From NCBI RefSeq assembly GCF_000006405.1, contig NW_003201530.1:1-64000 (forward strand): a stretch of DNA of 64,000 nucleotides. Direction: 5' to 3'. Within the stretch, counting starts at the first letter, position 1; every line of letters starts with the position of its first letter. The notes under the pieces were generated by a model, which made no database searches, was not told where the DNA came from, and saw only the letters and a program-made list of their open reading frames with translations. Shown in pieces: positions 50,768 to 64,000 of this stretch. Made by a program: the position numbers and the translations under genes. Source of the DNA: Perkinsus marinus ATCC 50983. Taxonomy: Eukaryota.

Positions 50768-52127
50768 ATAAATTTCACACTGGCTTAGGTCCTGGCCAAT
50801 ACGATATTCAATCAACGAAAGCAGTGGAGAGCATCAAGAATCGACCTCCTTATTGGAGTCTTTTCGGCCGTCCTGAGCATCTTCCCAGAGATGTAATAAT
50901 AACCACTTTGCTGTGCGTAACGTGGAAAATATGCACTTGTTTGACGACGTGTATTGGAAATTTTTGGAAAATTCTGCCGAACATTTTTTTAGAATTTGGG
51001 TAGAAGTGTACAGAAATTAAATAGAATTTCCCGAAATTTCCTCAGAATTTCCTTATACACACGCAGTTGGCCATGTGCATATTTCAAGAATATTAAAAAA
51101 TAAATTATCTGAAAAAGTTATTTTTAGGTACCAACGTGGGTGCAAACAACGATGTCGCAACGAGTGGCCTCGGGACCAGATCCGGCCTCTCTGAAATTGG
51201 CCGATTTGTCGAGGACTGGCAAAATAGTGTTGGGGAATCGAGCGAAGCACTTCGGTGGAGTTTCTAAGAGGTAGTGACAGTGTTGGAGGAATATATGTTG
51301 TTGTTCTCCTCAGCTGAGGTCAGGAGCTAATTATAGGAGTTCATATATGAATGGCCTCGGTTAAGTGTCCGGAAAACAGCACGAATTTCCAAAAAAAAAT
51401 TCTCGGAATTTTCATATTGTCACCAACAATGTGGCTGAACATGTGAACGTTGCTTGGCAGGTTTACCAGTTTTGGAGGTTACCGCCACCTTAAAGGGTGC
51501 GGAAAAGACGCCACTCGGGAAGAGCCTTTGGATTTCAATTCGATATTTCGTAGGGACAGTAGACATAATGAGAGCTTTAACACTGTTGTTTGGTCAGGAA
51601 AGAAGGGTCATCCAGTTTACTCGAGACCTCCTAAGTGGTCTGTGATGCCTCGAAATGAGAAGGGCTCGATAACTGATGTTGGAAAGTAATAAAGAATCTT
51701 CGCTCCGCCTACAAAAGGAAGAATTATAGTGTAAATTAGATGTGCAGTAGGTGTAGTTGTAGGAAATATCCTAAGTAGACTGGGTTTATAGTGAACGACG
51801 TGATGGAACTGAGAGAAAATGAAGTAGTCGAAAGAATTGAGTCAGAATGCGACAGTGCATCTGTGGGACTATAATTATAAATTTCAGTGGTGGTGGAGTA
51901 CTGGCCGTCCCCTTTCCCGGTCCGGGGACATACGACTTATCGGTGAAATCAAAGAAGTCGTTGAATAGATTTAGATGCACTTTTGGAGGACGGTGAGTGA
52001 CTTGATGAAAAGGGAGTTTGTCAGCTTTGGTCTGTTCAGGCCGAGTAACCTCTCAGCGTTGACTACGAGTTGGACCCCGGAAACATTTTTAGTGCGGGAA
52101 GCTCGCCGAGGGCCTTATACGGTGTGA
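50768..52127 (+). CDS. PGPG (SHIPPO/ODF3-like) repeat protein, partial, allele 1
   Basis: Exons with GPGQYDIQ, RPPYWSLFGRP, RPPKWSV and FPGPGTYDL. Confidence 0.75.
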
Positions 52128-52652
52128 CAGCTCGGTGTTATCACTTGGTGTTGTTAAGCACATGTTATTGATGTTCAGCAGAGGGAGTAGGTTGAGTTGA
52201 GCAGTGAGGGGAATCTATGTTGTATCTCACTGGGGTTTGGAAATGTGGCTTATGTGATACGTGTAGACTTCGAATTATGGAGGGAAATATGTAAATTTGT
52301 TTTCTAAGTGAATTGAAAAATAAAATTGAAAAAATATATTAATTTTCATATTGAATAAGTCATTGTAATTTTTAATGACTCATTTTATGTGAATTTGCCA
52401 GCATCTTCACACCAGAAATGGAAGAACTGTTCTTGACCAAAACCGACAGCCCGATACCCGAAAAACCAGTGCCCGACCGGCGCGAGCTCCGGCCCTTCTC
52501 CGAGAAGGCCTAGTATATAAATTTTTATATTAAGTAAGTCATTAAAGCTTTTAATAACTCATTTTATGGTAATTTTCATAGTAGATATAATACAGTTGAT
52601 AAGTTTCCCTCATACGTGAGTTTAAACTGCTTGTTTCCTCTCCTCCTCTTGC

Positions 52653-53938
52653 ATGGACACTGGCTCCTCTCTACAGCTGAGAGATCTCCCATTATCACCA
52701 TCAATAGCACCGTCAGTGAAACGCCGATTAGATCAGCCGCCAGAGTCGTCCGGTAGCCGCACGCCCGATAGATCTTTAGAAACGATGGCTTTGAAATGGA
52801 ACGATGACTTGAATGAAGAGGAGCAAGCGATGGAGAGCGGCACTGTGCGGAGAGCTACGAGGGAAGCTCCGATGAGCCCTTGGAAGGCCCAACTGTGGAA
52901 GATCGAAAGTTGGTTTATTAAGCATGTTTGGACGATTGTTGCTGTGCTCACAGCTGTTGGTATCATTTATGGCTTTGTTGTGGTGATGTCGAGGATGATA
53001 CCGCAACAGAATGCATTTTTGGCGAGGCATGGGCCTATCACTTACAAGGTCGTTTTTGACGCGGGGTCGACTGGCTCTCGAGTGCAAGTTTTCAAATTCG
53101 AGAAGATTGGGGAGGATGTGAAATTAGATCCGGTATCAGTAGATGCTTTGACGTTCTTCCAGAAGGTGGATGGTGGCCTGTCGGATTTCGCGGATGATCC
53201 TGAAAGTTGCAAGTAAGAAGGTAAATAGTTCAGTTGGTTAGTTGTCGGTTTTGTTGATCGGGTGGTCGTGGGATCGAATCCTCTCACTTGCATTTGATTT
53301 CTCTTTAGGAAGGGTCTGCGATGGCTTGTAGACGAGGCGATAGCTGCTGTTCCGGACGCCAGAGGAGCACAGGTCGTGGTGAGCGCCACTGCAGGTCTCA
53401 GGATGCTCCCTGCTGAGAAGGCGGAGAAGCTCCTCGAGGTCAGTCATCGGCAATGGTGGTGGTGGATATATTTCACTCATATGAGGGTTCGGATAAATCG
53501 TTTTTCGGAAGATGTGCGAATTTTTCTCCGTAGAGAATTTTAGCGGCGACATTTTCAAACAATATATCGCTGTTCGCACAGTCAATACACAACAGTTACT
53601 CTGATAGTATCTTTGTGTATATTATATAAGTATAGTTGCTATAGGTTCAGGTCGATATGAGGTTGCAGTAAGAAAATTTAGTGGTCACAGGAAAATCGCT
53701 CTCTACATTGCGCGTCCAGTACCGCTCCTCGCTCAGGCTACCCGAGAAATCATGAGGGAGTCCCCTTTCGTTTTGAGATCTGATGATGACGTGTACATTA
53801 TGGATGGTATCGACGAGGCGAGGTTCCAGTGGATGACGGTTGACTTTGCCTATCGATATGCCGGCCTTCCAAGTGCCGTTATCGACCTCGGTGGAGGTAG
53901 CGTCCAGCTGGCGTATGGCATCAACAACAAACAACTGG
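52653..53938 (+). CDS. GDA1/CD39 NTPDase (apyrase), allele 1, truncated by gap
   Basis: N-terminal TM segment; ACR1 DAGSTGSR, ACR2 ATAGLR, ACR3 DGIDEA, ACR4 DLGGGS. True start uncertain (ATG at 52653 or 52785). Confidence 0.92.
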
Positions 53939-54085
53939 TAAGTCCCTCGCACGTATCTTNNNNNNNNNNNNNNNNNNNNNNNNNNNNNNNNNNNNNNNNN
54001 NNNNNNNNNNNNNNNNNNNNNNNNNNNNNNNNNNNNNNNNNNNNNNNNNNNNNNNNNNNATGTGAGAAACCGTCGCGGAACAATG

Positions 54086-54159
54086 TACTGGAACCGAGAA
54101 TCGAACTCGGGACCTACTGCGTGTTAGGCAGTCGTCATAACCAACTAGACCATTCCAGC
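54086..54159 (-). tRNA. tRNA-Val(AAC)
   Basis: GCTGGAA/TTCCAGT acceptor, ACTGC-CTAACAC-GCAGT anticodon arm, CCGAG-TTCGATT-CTCGG T-arm. Confidence 0.95.
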
Positions 54160-54797
54160 GTGTTAGTTCTTCTTCTTGCCCATTGAGCTTTTTCCAGTCT
54201 ATATGTATGACAGAGTATGTCAGACATGCTCAAGTACCCGCAGATGGTCTTTGCCAGGAAATGCCTACCCATTCACCCTCGCGCTAGACCGATGCACTTA
54301 GGAATCTCGTAACATCCCGTAACGACCGCTCGCATCGTAGCTCAGATGAGAGCTTCGAAATGGTGTCATACACACGTTCCAGTGCTCATAGATATCCACA
54401 GAGTCGGCTCTTTTTTGCAGCACCCTGTAGTTGGTGAAAATCTTAAATATTTAACGTCTGGTCCGTTGAGGCCTATAAACCTTCAGAAAATATCGCGAGT
54501 TTCCACGTGGCACCACTCCTGCTGCTACAGTAGCAACGAGACGAGTCATTAATACAACTACTACAATACCAATAATGCGACTTTCATTTCCATGCTATCG
54601 TAGACGTAGTCAGAGTTACGGTACTCTCCTCCCACGAAGTCAACTCCTACAATACCAGAAGCCCACTAATATCGAGAGTACACCTGGCACGACTACTTCT
54701 AGTATTTCCACATATGCTAACTGTGTTGTGGAAACCCATCCTCTTGGAGCAGGGGAGGAAATATCGGCGCGCGCTAGCTTCCTCGGAAAGAACCCCA

Positions 54798-54940
54798 ACA
54801 ACATCATCACACTATGGGTAGAACTAGGTCAAGCAAGGTAATACCAGTCGACTTGAATGTCGTCACTATTCATCCAGGCTTCCTGCTCCGTGTCGAGCTC
54901 GCAAAGTCTGGGGACGTCAAATTCATGTCCGGTCATCGCG
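54798..54940 (-). pseudogene. Family 3 RT fragment homologous to 48110-48250
   Basis: Near-identical sequence (the same spurious plus-strand ORF MSSLFIQASC... appears at both places). Confidence 0.85.
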
Positions 54941-55435
54941 ACTGACCCAGGGGGTTGCAGTAGATGCAAACAGAGTAATAACATGCAATTCCATACTGCT
55001 CGAAATGTCTATTTATGCATACTCTTGGGATCATTTCAAAACCTCATCGAAGTTTTCCTCGACTCAATACTCTATCTCTGTGTGAACTTGAAGAAAAATA
55101 TTCTTTTGAAAAGCTATAAAAAAATTAAATCGTCACTCCGAAAAAGACCTGTGGCGCTCGATTTTTCCCATGTGCTGGTCCAGTCCAGTGTGGGGGGAAA
55201 ATAAGCACATGGTCAACTACATGTTTTGGTGACAATATGGAAATTATGATGAAATTCCGGGAAATTCTCGGTGGTTTCCGATCTACACTCCTGCTAGACT
55301 TTATATGTAAACTTGCATCACTTGTGAGGAAAGTTNNNNNNNNNNNNNNNNNNNNNNNNNNNNNNNNNNNNNNNNNNNNNNNNNNNNNNNNNNNNNNNNN
55401 NNNNNNNNNNNNNNNNNNNNNNNNNNNNNNNNNNN

Positions 55436-55964
<529 letters not shown>

Positions 55965-56159
55965 GTGAGTCTATTTCTATAATCGGGGAGGAGGGCTGGA
56001 GCTCAGATGAGGCAAGCAAACATATATTCGAATGCTGGAGTTTCACCTTAGTGATATGAAAAACAGTAGTAGAAGACATATTTTCCTACTACTGCATATC
56101 ACCGCGAATATCGCGTATTTCACTTCACGTAAAACAGTTGAAACTCCACTGTTGATATC

Positions 56160-57623
56160 AGGTTCGCTGAAAATAATTTCAAGTCCTACAGCGGAGCCTT
56201 TGGTCCCCGCAAAAATTATTTCTTCCAAACCCGTCGTGTCACCAGGTGAGGAGTTTCCTCATAAATTTCACACTGGCTTAGGTCCTGGGCAATACGATAT
56301 TCAATCAACGAAAGCAGTGGAGAGCGTCAAGAATCGACCCCCTTATTGGAGTCTTTTCGGCCGTCCTGAGCATCTTCCCAGAGATGTAATAATAACCACT
56401 TTGCTGTGCGCAACGTGGAAAATATGCACTTGTTTGACGACTTGTATTGGAAATTTTTGGAAAATTCTGCCGAGCATTTTTTTCAGAATTTGGGTAGAAG
56501 TGTACAGAAATTAAATAGAATTTCCCGAAATTTCCTCAGAATTCCCTTATACACACGCAGTTGGCCATGTGCATATTTCAAGAATATTAAAAAGTATCAT
56601 CAGTTATTTTTAGGTACCAACATGGGTGCAAACAACTATGTCACAACGAGTGGCCTCGGGACCAGATCCAGCCTCTTTGAAATTAGCTAATTTGTCGAGG
56701 ACTGGCAAAATAGTATTGGGAAATCGCGCGAAGCACTTCGGTGGAGTTTCTAAGAGGTAGTGACAGTTTTGGAGTATGAATATATGTCGCTGTTTTCCTC
56801 AGCTGAGCTCAGGAGTTTCCAAATCTAATTTTAGGAGTTCATATATGAATTGCCTCGGTTAAGTATTCAGGAAACAACACGAATTTCAAGAAAAATTTCT
56901 CGGAATTTCCATATTGTCACCAACCATGTGGTTGAATATGTGAACGTTGCTTGGCAGGTTTACCAGTTTTGGAGGTTACCGCCACGTTGAAGGGTGCGGA
57001 AAAGACGCCACTCGGGAAGAGCCTTTGGATTTCAATTCGATATTTCGTAGGGACAGTAGACATATTGAGAGCTTTAACACTGTTGTTTGGTCAGGAAAGA
57101 AGGGTCATCCAGTTTACTCGAGATCTCCTAAGTGGTCTGTGATGCCTCGAAATGAGAAGGGCTCGATAACTGATGTTGGAAAGTAATAAATAACTTCGCT
57201 CCGCCTACAAAAGGAAGAATTATAGTGTAAATTAGATGTGCAGTAGGTGTAGTTGTAGGAAACATCCTAAGTAGACTGGGTTTATAGTGAACGACGTGAT
57301 GGAACTGATAGAAAATGAAGTAGTTGAAAGAATTGATTCGTAATGCGACAGTGCATATGTGGGACTATAATTATAAATTTCAGTGGTGGTGGAGTGCTGG
57401 CCGTGCCCTTTCCCGGTCCGGGGACATACGACTTATCGGTGAAACCAAGAAGGTCGTTGAATAGATTTAGATGCACTTTTGGAGGACGGTGAGTGACTCG
57501 ATGAAAAGGGAGTTTGCCAGCTTTGGTCTGTTCAGGCCGAGTAACCTCTCAGCGTTGACCACGAGCTGGACACCGGAAACGTATTTAGTGCGGGAAGCTC
57601 GCCGAGGGCCGTATACGGTGTGA
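56160..57623 (+). CDS. PGPG (SHIPPO/ODF3-like) repeat protein, allele 2
   Basis: Colinear near-copy of 50768-52127 plus extra upstream sequence. Confidence 0.75.
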
Positions 57624-57986
57624 AAGCTCGGTGTTATCACTTGGTGTTGTTAAGCACATGTTATTGATGTTCAGCAGAGGGAGTAGGTTGAGTTGAGCAG
57701 TGAGGGGAATCTATGTTGTATCTCACTGGGGTTTGGAAATGCGGCTTATGTGATACGTGTAGACTTCGAATTATGGAGGGAAATATATAAATTCGTTTAA
57801 TAAGTGAATTGAAAAATAAAATTGAAAAAATATATAAATTTTCATATTGAATAAGTCATTGTAATTTTTAGTGACTTATTTTATGTGAATTTGCCAGCAT
57901 CTTCACACCAGAAATGGAAGAACTGTTCTTGACAAGAACCGACAGCCCGATACCCGAATAACCAATGCGTGCGTTCGAGTTCATGC

Positions 57987-58175
57987 CGGTGTGGGAAAAT
58001 ATGCACTTGCTCAACTACATGTGTAGGTGACGTTTGCGGAAATTCGGAGGAAAATTGAGGGAATTCTCATTGGTTTCTGTACACTTCTAGCGGAATTCGT
58101 ATGTTATCTTCTAGAACTAGTGGGGAAACTTCTGGACCCAGCTGAGGAAAGCGAACATTTATTCCTCCAACACTG
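57987..58175. mobile_element. MITE family A, allele-specific insertion
   Basis: 8-bp TSD GTTCATGC (57979-57986 / 58176-58183); absent from the homologous site at ~52460-52490. Confidence 0.9.
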
Positions 58176-58369
58176 GTTCATGCGCGAATGACGCGAGCTC
58201 CGCCAAGGCCTTCGAGAAGGCCTAGTATATAAATTGTTATATTGAATGGTCAATCTAACTTTTAATAACCTAATATGTAAATTTTATATATTTTTTCATA
58301 GTAGATATAATAAAGTTGACAAGTTTTTCTCATACGTGAGTTTAAACTGCTTGTTTCCTCTCCTCTTGC

Positions 58370-60482
58370 ATGGACACTGGCTCCTCTCTACAGCTGAGAG
58401 ATCTCCCATTATCACCTTCAATAGCGCCCTCAGTGAAACGCCGATTAGATCAGCCGCCAGAGTCAGCCGGTAGCCGCACGCCCGACAGATCTTTAGAAAC
58501 GATGGCTCTGAAATGGAACGATGACTTGAATGAAGAGGAGCAAGCGATGGAGAGCGGCACTGTGCGGAGGCCTACGAGGGAAGCTCCGATGAGCCCTTGG
58601 AAGGCCCAACTGTGGAAGATCGAAAGTTGGTTTATTAAGCATGTTTGGACGATTGTTGCTGTGCTCACAGCTGTTGGTATCATTTATGGCTTTGTTGTGG
58701 TGATGTCGAGGATGCTACCGCAACAGAATGCATTTCTGGCGAGGCATGGGCCTATCACTTACAAGGTCGTTTTTGACGCGGGGTCGACTGGCTCTCGAGT
58801 GCAAGTTTTCAAATTCGAGAAAGTTGGAGAGAATGTGAAATTAGATCCGGTATCAGTAGATGCTCTGACGTTCTTCCAGAAGGTCGATGGTGGCCTGTCG
58901 GACTTCGCGGATGATCCTGAAGGTTGCAAGTAAGAAGGCGAACAGTTTAGTTGGTTAGTTGTCGGTGCTGTTGATCGGGTGGTCGTGAGATCGAATCTCC
59001 CCACTTGCATTTGATTTCTTTTTAGGAAGGGTCTGCGATGGCTTGTAGACGAGGCGGTAGCTGCTGTTCCCGACGCCAGAGGAGCACAAGTCGTAGTGAG
59101 CGCCACTGCAGGTCTCAGGATGCTCCCTGCTGAGAAGGCGGAGAAACTCCTCGAGGTCAGTTATCGGCAATGGTGGTGAGTCTATTTCACTCATATGAGG
59201 GTTCGGAGGAATCGTTCGCCGGAAGATGTGCGAATTTTTTCTCCGTAGCGACATTTTCAAACAATATATCGCTGTTCGCACAGTCAATATACAACAGTTA
59301 CTCTGATAGTATCTTCGTGTATATTATATAAGTATAGTTGCTATAGGTTCAGGTCGATAGGAGGTTTAGGTTAGAAAATTTATTGGTCACAGGAAAATCG
59401 CTCTCTAGATTGCGCGTCCAGTACCACTCCTTGTTCAGGCTACCCGAGAAATGATGAGGGAGTCCCCTTTCGTTTTGAGATCTGATGATGACGTGTACAT
59501 TATGGATGGTATCGACGAGGCGAGGTTCCAATGGATGACGGTTGACTTTGCCTACCGATATGCCGGCCTTCCAAGTGCCGTTATTGACCTAGGTGGAGGT
59601 AGCGTCCAACTGGCGTATGGTATCAACAACAAACAACTGGTAAGTCCCTCGCACGTATCTTAGTACTGTGACTCGAACCCGATGCCGACCGACAAACTTC
59701 CATTCTTTGGACCTGTCGAGGAGTTGGGGATCACATGATACATGAACTTGGTCAGTTGTCTCCTGCAGTGAAGGCTGAGTACGGCTCCTATTTGACGCCA
59801 CTCGATAAGACACGAAGCCTCTACGTCCACAGTTGGTTGGGATACGGCTTGAAAGCTGCGAGGAGGAAAATATTGGAAGTTGATGTCAACGGTGAGAGCT
59901 TCCTTTCTGTGGGTTTTGCTCATCGTCCTTCACCCCGCAGGCACCAACCCGTGTGTTGTGCCCGACTCCGGCCTCCCCTCCGTCTACGAATATGCTGGTG
60001 CCTCGATGAAATTAATCGCGGATGAGAAGGATTCCACGACGCGAGCTTCTAGGTGTATCGACACCATTAAAACTGCCATGAATTTAGCTCAGCAGTGTGG
60101 CACTGACTCTGACAGATGTGCGTTTGATGGGAAATGGCTCGGTCCAGTGACGGCCAATCAGTACACCTTCCGCCTATACTCGTACATGTTTGACCGTGCA
60201 AGGGAGCATGGTCTTATCCCCAAAGGGGATTTCCAAGCTGTCGTCACTGTTGCGGAATTCAGGACCCTCGCAGAGAAGCTCTGTACTGCAGGAGCCAAAG
60301 GTGACCCTTGGGCCTGCATGGATTTGACCTATATCCTGACCTTGTTGACTGATGGCTTTGGGCTCGGCGACGATCAAGCCGTGGTCGTGGCGAACAAACT
60401 ACAGTATGGCGACTTTCAATTGGAGGCGGCCTGGCCTTTGGGTGCGGCCATTGACAGGCTGAATGCTCCTGATACGACTTAA
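58370..60482 (+). CDS. GDA1/CD39 NTPDase (apyrase), allele 2, complete catalytic domain
   Basis: Exons ending at 58929, then 59026-59155, 59439-59639, 59721-59891 and 59941-60482; ACR1-ACR5 present, including SWLGYG and AWPLG. Confidence 0.94.
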
Positions 60483-62210
60483 GAAGCACTGCTCTTGTTC
60501 TCTGTGTTATAGCTTTAGTATCATACCTGTTTTGCTCTTCGTTTGTAGTAGGGAGACGTCGGTGTCCTAAAGGGGTTAACGAATATGAGGGAAAATAATG
60601 TAAACATCAACAACAGCATGATAGTCTCCTCGGCCGCTTCTCAAGTTACTATCGTCTAACACCCATCCCACTCGCACATACATCGAGGAGAGGACACATT
60701 TGATGAATGCGAGTAATGCGACCATCCTGGATCGACTCCGCGGCTAATATAGTCGGCCGCTCAGTATGAGGCCTCTGGTGTTGTTGCTAGTATCAGGCGA
60801 CAACTTGTCGCCTTGGGACTGAACAACTGAAGACAGCTGTTGTCACAACTGTGACAACTTGTGAAGGAACTGCTCCCTCAATGACGCAAAAACTGTTTTT
60901 TTTGAGTTGAGACGCCTGGGATACTGAGGAGTCGTCCGGGACGATAAGGCAACATTGTTGACCACTTCATCTAACAATGGTCCTCTTAATATCAAGTCGT
61001 AGGTTATAATTGAATGATGTAGCAACTCGTGGCTACGGCCAGCAATTTTTCATGCTTAGTTCCCTTCTCAGAACTCAGTCCTGGATGTTGTGATAATGGA
61101 AGTTACTATGAGAATCGAGAAACGATNNNNNNNNNNNNNNNNNNNNNNNNNNNNNNNNNNNNNNNNNNNNNNNNNNNNNNNNNNNNNNNNNNNNNNNNNN
61201 NNNNNNNNNNNNNNNNNNNNNNNNNNGCTCCGAGGAGGAGCCATGAAGTCCACCAGTGTTGTTTGCTTGGGAATCGAGAGCTAAGTAGAGATGGGTGAAA
61301 GACTGACGGCAGCAAGTCAGGAATCGGCCCGACCCCCCGTCGTGTCAGGATTCCCGACTACATCCTTTCACGGGCCCCAGCACATGAGCTGGCGCGTGTA
61401 GGTACAACGCGCACGTGCAGGATGAATCTCGTACGAAGCGCGCCGGAAAATCGAAGCATCCGACCATTGCTAAAGGAATGCTCTCCGAATTTCGAGTTCT
61501 AATTCAAGCTCCGGGTAGGTCCCTCCCAGATATCGCCAGATGGGGTACGCAAGAGATGCCCAGCTTACCAACTGTCCGCCACGCCGTGAAATTACTAATG
61601 ATCCGAACGCGGGCGCAGTACGTGAAACGCAGTGACATGTCATGACAAGCGCATCAGGCGAGCCTAACCACCGGCTCAGAATACGCGTTTGATTGTCTCT
61701 GGCTGAAGCAGTAACGACTCATGAAGTCTCTCCCTGACGGTAACGGCTAACACAGCACAGCAATTTGGAGCACGGCATAAGAAGTCGTTGACGCGCGTGT
61801 GACACGTATCTTACATAACGGGCACCTCACGTGTGCGTCACGTTGTTCTAGTTAGGAACGTGACTCACGTTACGTGAGCATTCGTGTGAGGCGTTCTTTG
61901 GAGTCAAGTGAACTAGAATATTGGTCTTATCATTTCATTTCTCTAGTCTAGTCTCATTCATAGCGGAAGTCAGTACGAGTTTGACTCTCTTGCCTTCCCT
62001 ATATAGCCGGCAAGTTGCCGGTTGCAACGGATCCGATGTCGTGAACCATACCATTTGTGTTACGGTCCCTAAACCAGCCGACTTGGAACTTGAATTTCGT
62101 TGTCGGTGTATTCGATTGCCGAGGCATGCCTGAAATCGCTGTCCGGCATTTTCTGCGGTCTCTCTAGGACATCTTGGATTTTGATTCGAAGTCTATTTAC
62201 CTGGCTCATA

Positions 62211-63932
62211 ATGGTCGCTCCCATCACTGACTTCTTGACAGTATATCCGGGTGCACTGTTCGGAGGTTTGGATCACGAGCTTACCCGCATTCTCCGTCGC
62301 TATGTACCTGGTAGCATCAAAGGTGGTGCTATTGCACTGCTATCTTGGATTTTCATTAAGCTCGCGAAGCAACTCCATTTTTGTATCAAGCCGTTACCTT
62401 TTCCCGGCCCCAAGGTAGGAAGGCTTCTCAAGTGATCCACTGGCTCCGGTGATGCAGCGGCACTGTCGTGTGAACTTCTTCGACTCCTCAGGGAAGTCCG
62501 ATTTGCGGGATGGCCTTCAAACTGGATCCGAAAAAAGCCCTAACTTCCATGAGTGCCTGGGTCAAGGAATTCGGTGAAACGATCTCATTCCGGTAAGTCC
62601 CATGGTCTTGTTCAATTGAACTTATGGGTATCCTTGGCGTGTTAACTGATGAATGCCAGAGGGTCCCTTTGGTTGTCTCAGAGTCTTCTCGAAGACCTTC
62701 GTTGTCACCAAGAATCACGATACTCTCCAACAAATATTCAGAGACTCGAGTGAAGGACTCTTCGTACGGCAATTCAACACCCTGGGACTACTACCCGAGT
62801 CCGGCATCTTCCTCACACACGGTCAAGCGTGGAGGGAAGGCAGAAGGAGGGTCGACCCAATACTCGCTGAGACGAATGTTCGCGGCTTGGTCCCCGCAAT
62901 GTCCCAAATGTCACGGAGGCTGGTAAGCTTGATGACTTGGCTGCACCTTCTGGCAATGTGGACGAGAGAACCTTAGGTTAACGTGCTTTCTGCTATGAGT
63001 GACTGCGCTGGACAAGTTCACGACTGGGAGCCCCATGGATTGCTGCAACTGGCAGCATTGGACTTCACATTCGCCACACACTTTGGGAAAGACTTCAATT
63101 TCCTAAGTCCACTAGGTGAGACGACAACATAATATTTCCAAGGGATCTAATCTTTACGCACTGTCATTGAAACTAGTCGATGACGTGCAAATGACAATCC
63201 GATGGATTGTTGATGGATCGAATCCATCAACGTGTCAGATGGACACGGTCACAGGAGCTGTTCGGTATTTTATTCCGGCAGCAGTTGTCGCATAGTTACG
63301 GAGTATTCCGTTATGTTGCTCAGATACCAACGGAGCAGCCGATCGGGAGTACACCTTGCGCGCTTTTCAAGATTTCTTGACGGGCTTCGATTTCATCCTC
63401 AAACATCAGGCTCTAGGGCCTCTCCTGCAGAATAGGTACCCGAATAAGCTAAGCCAGCAAGTGGCCAAGGTGAGTTGTTCGTTGTCATCAACTCCTTTTA
63501 TGTCTCCGATATTGTGAGAGTGGCCTCTTCCATGTAGTTCTACTCGTCTGTGGCGAAAGTGGAAACTTCTGCGAGAGAAATCATCGAACAGAGGAAGAAG
63601 GAATTGTCTGAAGGGGCTGAACCCAAGTGTACCGTCTTGGACAAGTTGATCGCCGAGAAGAGACTAGACTTGACATGGAATCTCATAACGTGAGTATTCC
63701 AGTAGCCGGTAATGGTTTTGAGTCCCGCTTCCGCTCTTCAACAGTTTCACGCTGAGTGGGGGCACTTCGGTACCCTCGAACCTCGAGTGGTTCCTCTATC
63801 TGATGTGTATAAACCAAGATGCTCAGAAGAAGGCCAGGGCCGAAGTTGACGCTCTTGGAAAAGATCCAACCGATAACGACGATCTTGACAAACTAAGATA
63901 CGTCGAGGCATGTGTGTTGGAAACTCTCCGTG
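62211..63932 (+). CDS. Cytochrome P450, multi-exon, continues beyond the window
   Basis: N-terminal TM followed by PLPFPGPK; GIFLTHGQAWREGRR (WxxxR); I-helix; K-helix LRYVEACVLETLR (ExxR). Confidence 0.92.
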
Positions 63933-64000
63933 TGGGTACAGCATCTTACCTTATGTATATTGATATACGTGGGGGATGATTGGCGACGTATCCATTTAGA

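Noticed and set aside
59660..59695. B-box-like GGTTCGAGTC (minus strand) in NTPDase intron 3; similar motif at 186-195
   Set aside because: No convincing T-stem or A-box; could be chance.
60500..62050. Possible LTR/retroelement remnants between the NTPDase and P450 genes
   Set aside because: No recognisable domain, paired terminus or second copy in the window.

Overview
Eukaryotic, intron-rich protist DNA, almost certainly Perkinsus (Perkinsozoa, Alveolata): two genomic copies of the Perkinsus 21-nt spliced-leader (SL) sequence are present, along with short GT-AG introns and a ciliary gene. The window is a draft scaffold with twelve 100-N gaps, in which divergent allelic contigs were placed side by side: K+ channel, DHHC, SHIPPO, NTPDase and tRNA-Val loci each occur twice. 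It also includes a piece of pUC/blaTEM vector. Genes: an ankyrin-repeat gene; a TVGYGD voltage-gated (KCNH/CNG/Shaker-like) K+ channel; a DHHC palmitoyltransferase; an alpha-carbonic anhydrase; CC2D2A/MKS6; a PGPG (SHIPPO) repeat protein; a GDA1/CD39 NTPDase; a cytochrome P450; tRNA-Val(TAC) and tRNA-Val(AAC). Introns are packed with at least five MITE families (hAT-type 8-bp TSD, Tc1/mariner-type TA TSD, and one with an ANT TSD). At least three distinct BEL/Pao-like LTR retrotransposon families occur, one with near-identical LTRs and a TSD. The most notable observations are SL sequences embedded in the TE-rich block (retroposed or hard-wired SL), BEL/Pao-type elements outside animals, and short spliceosomal introns built largely from tRNA-like sequence. 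Exon boundaries were read by eye and no searches were run.
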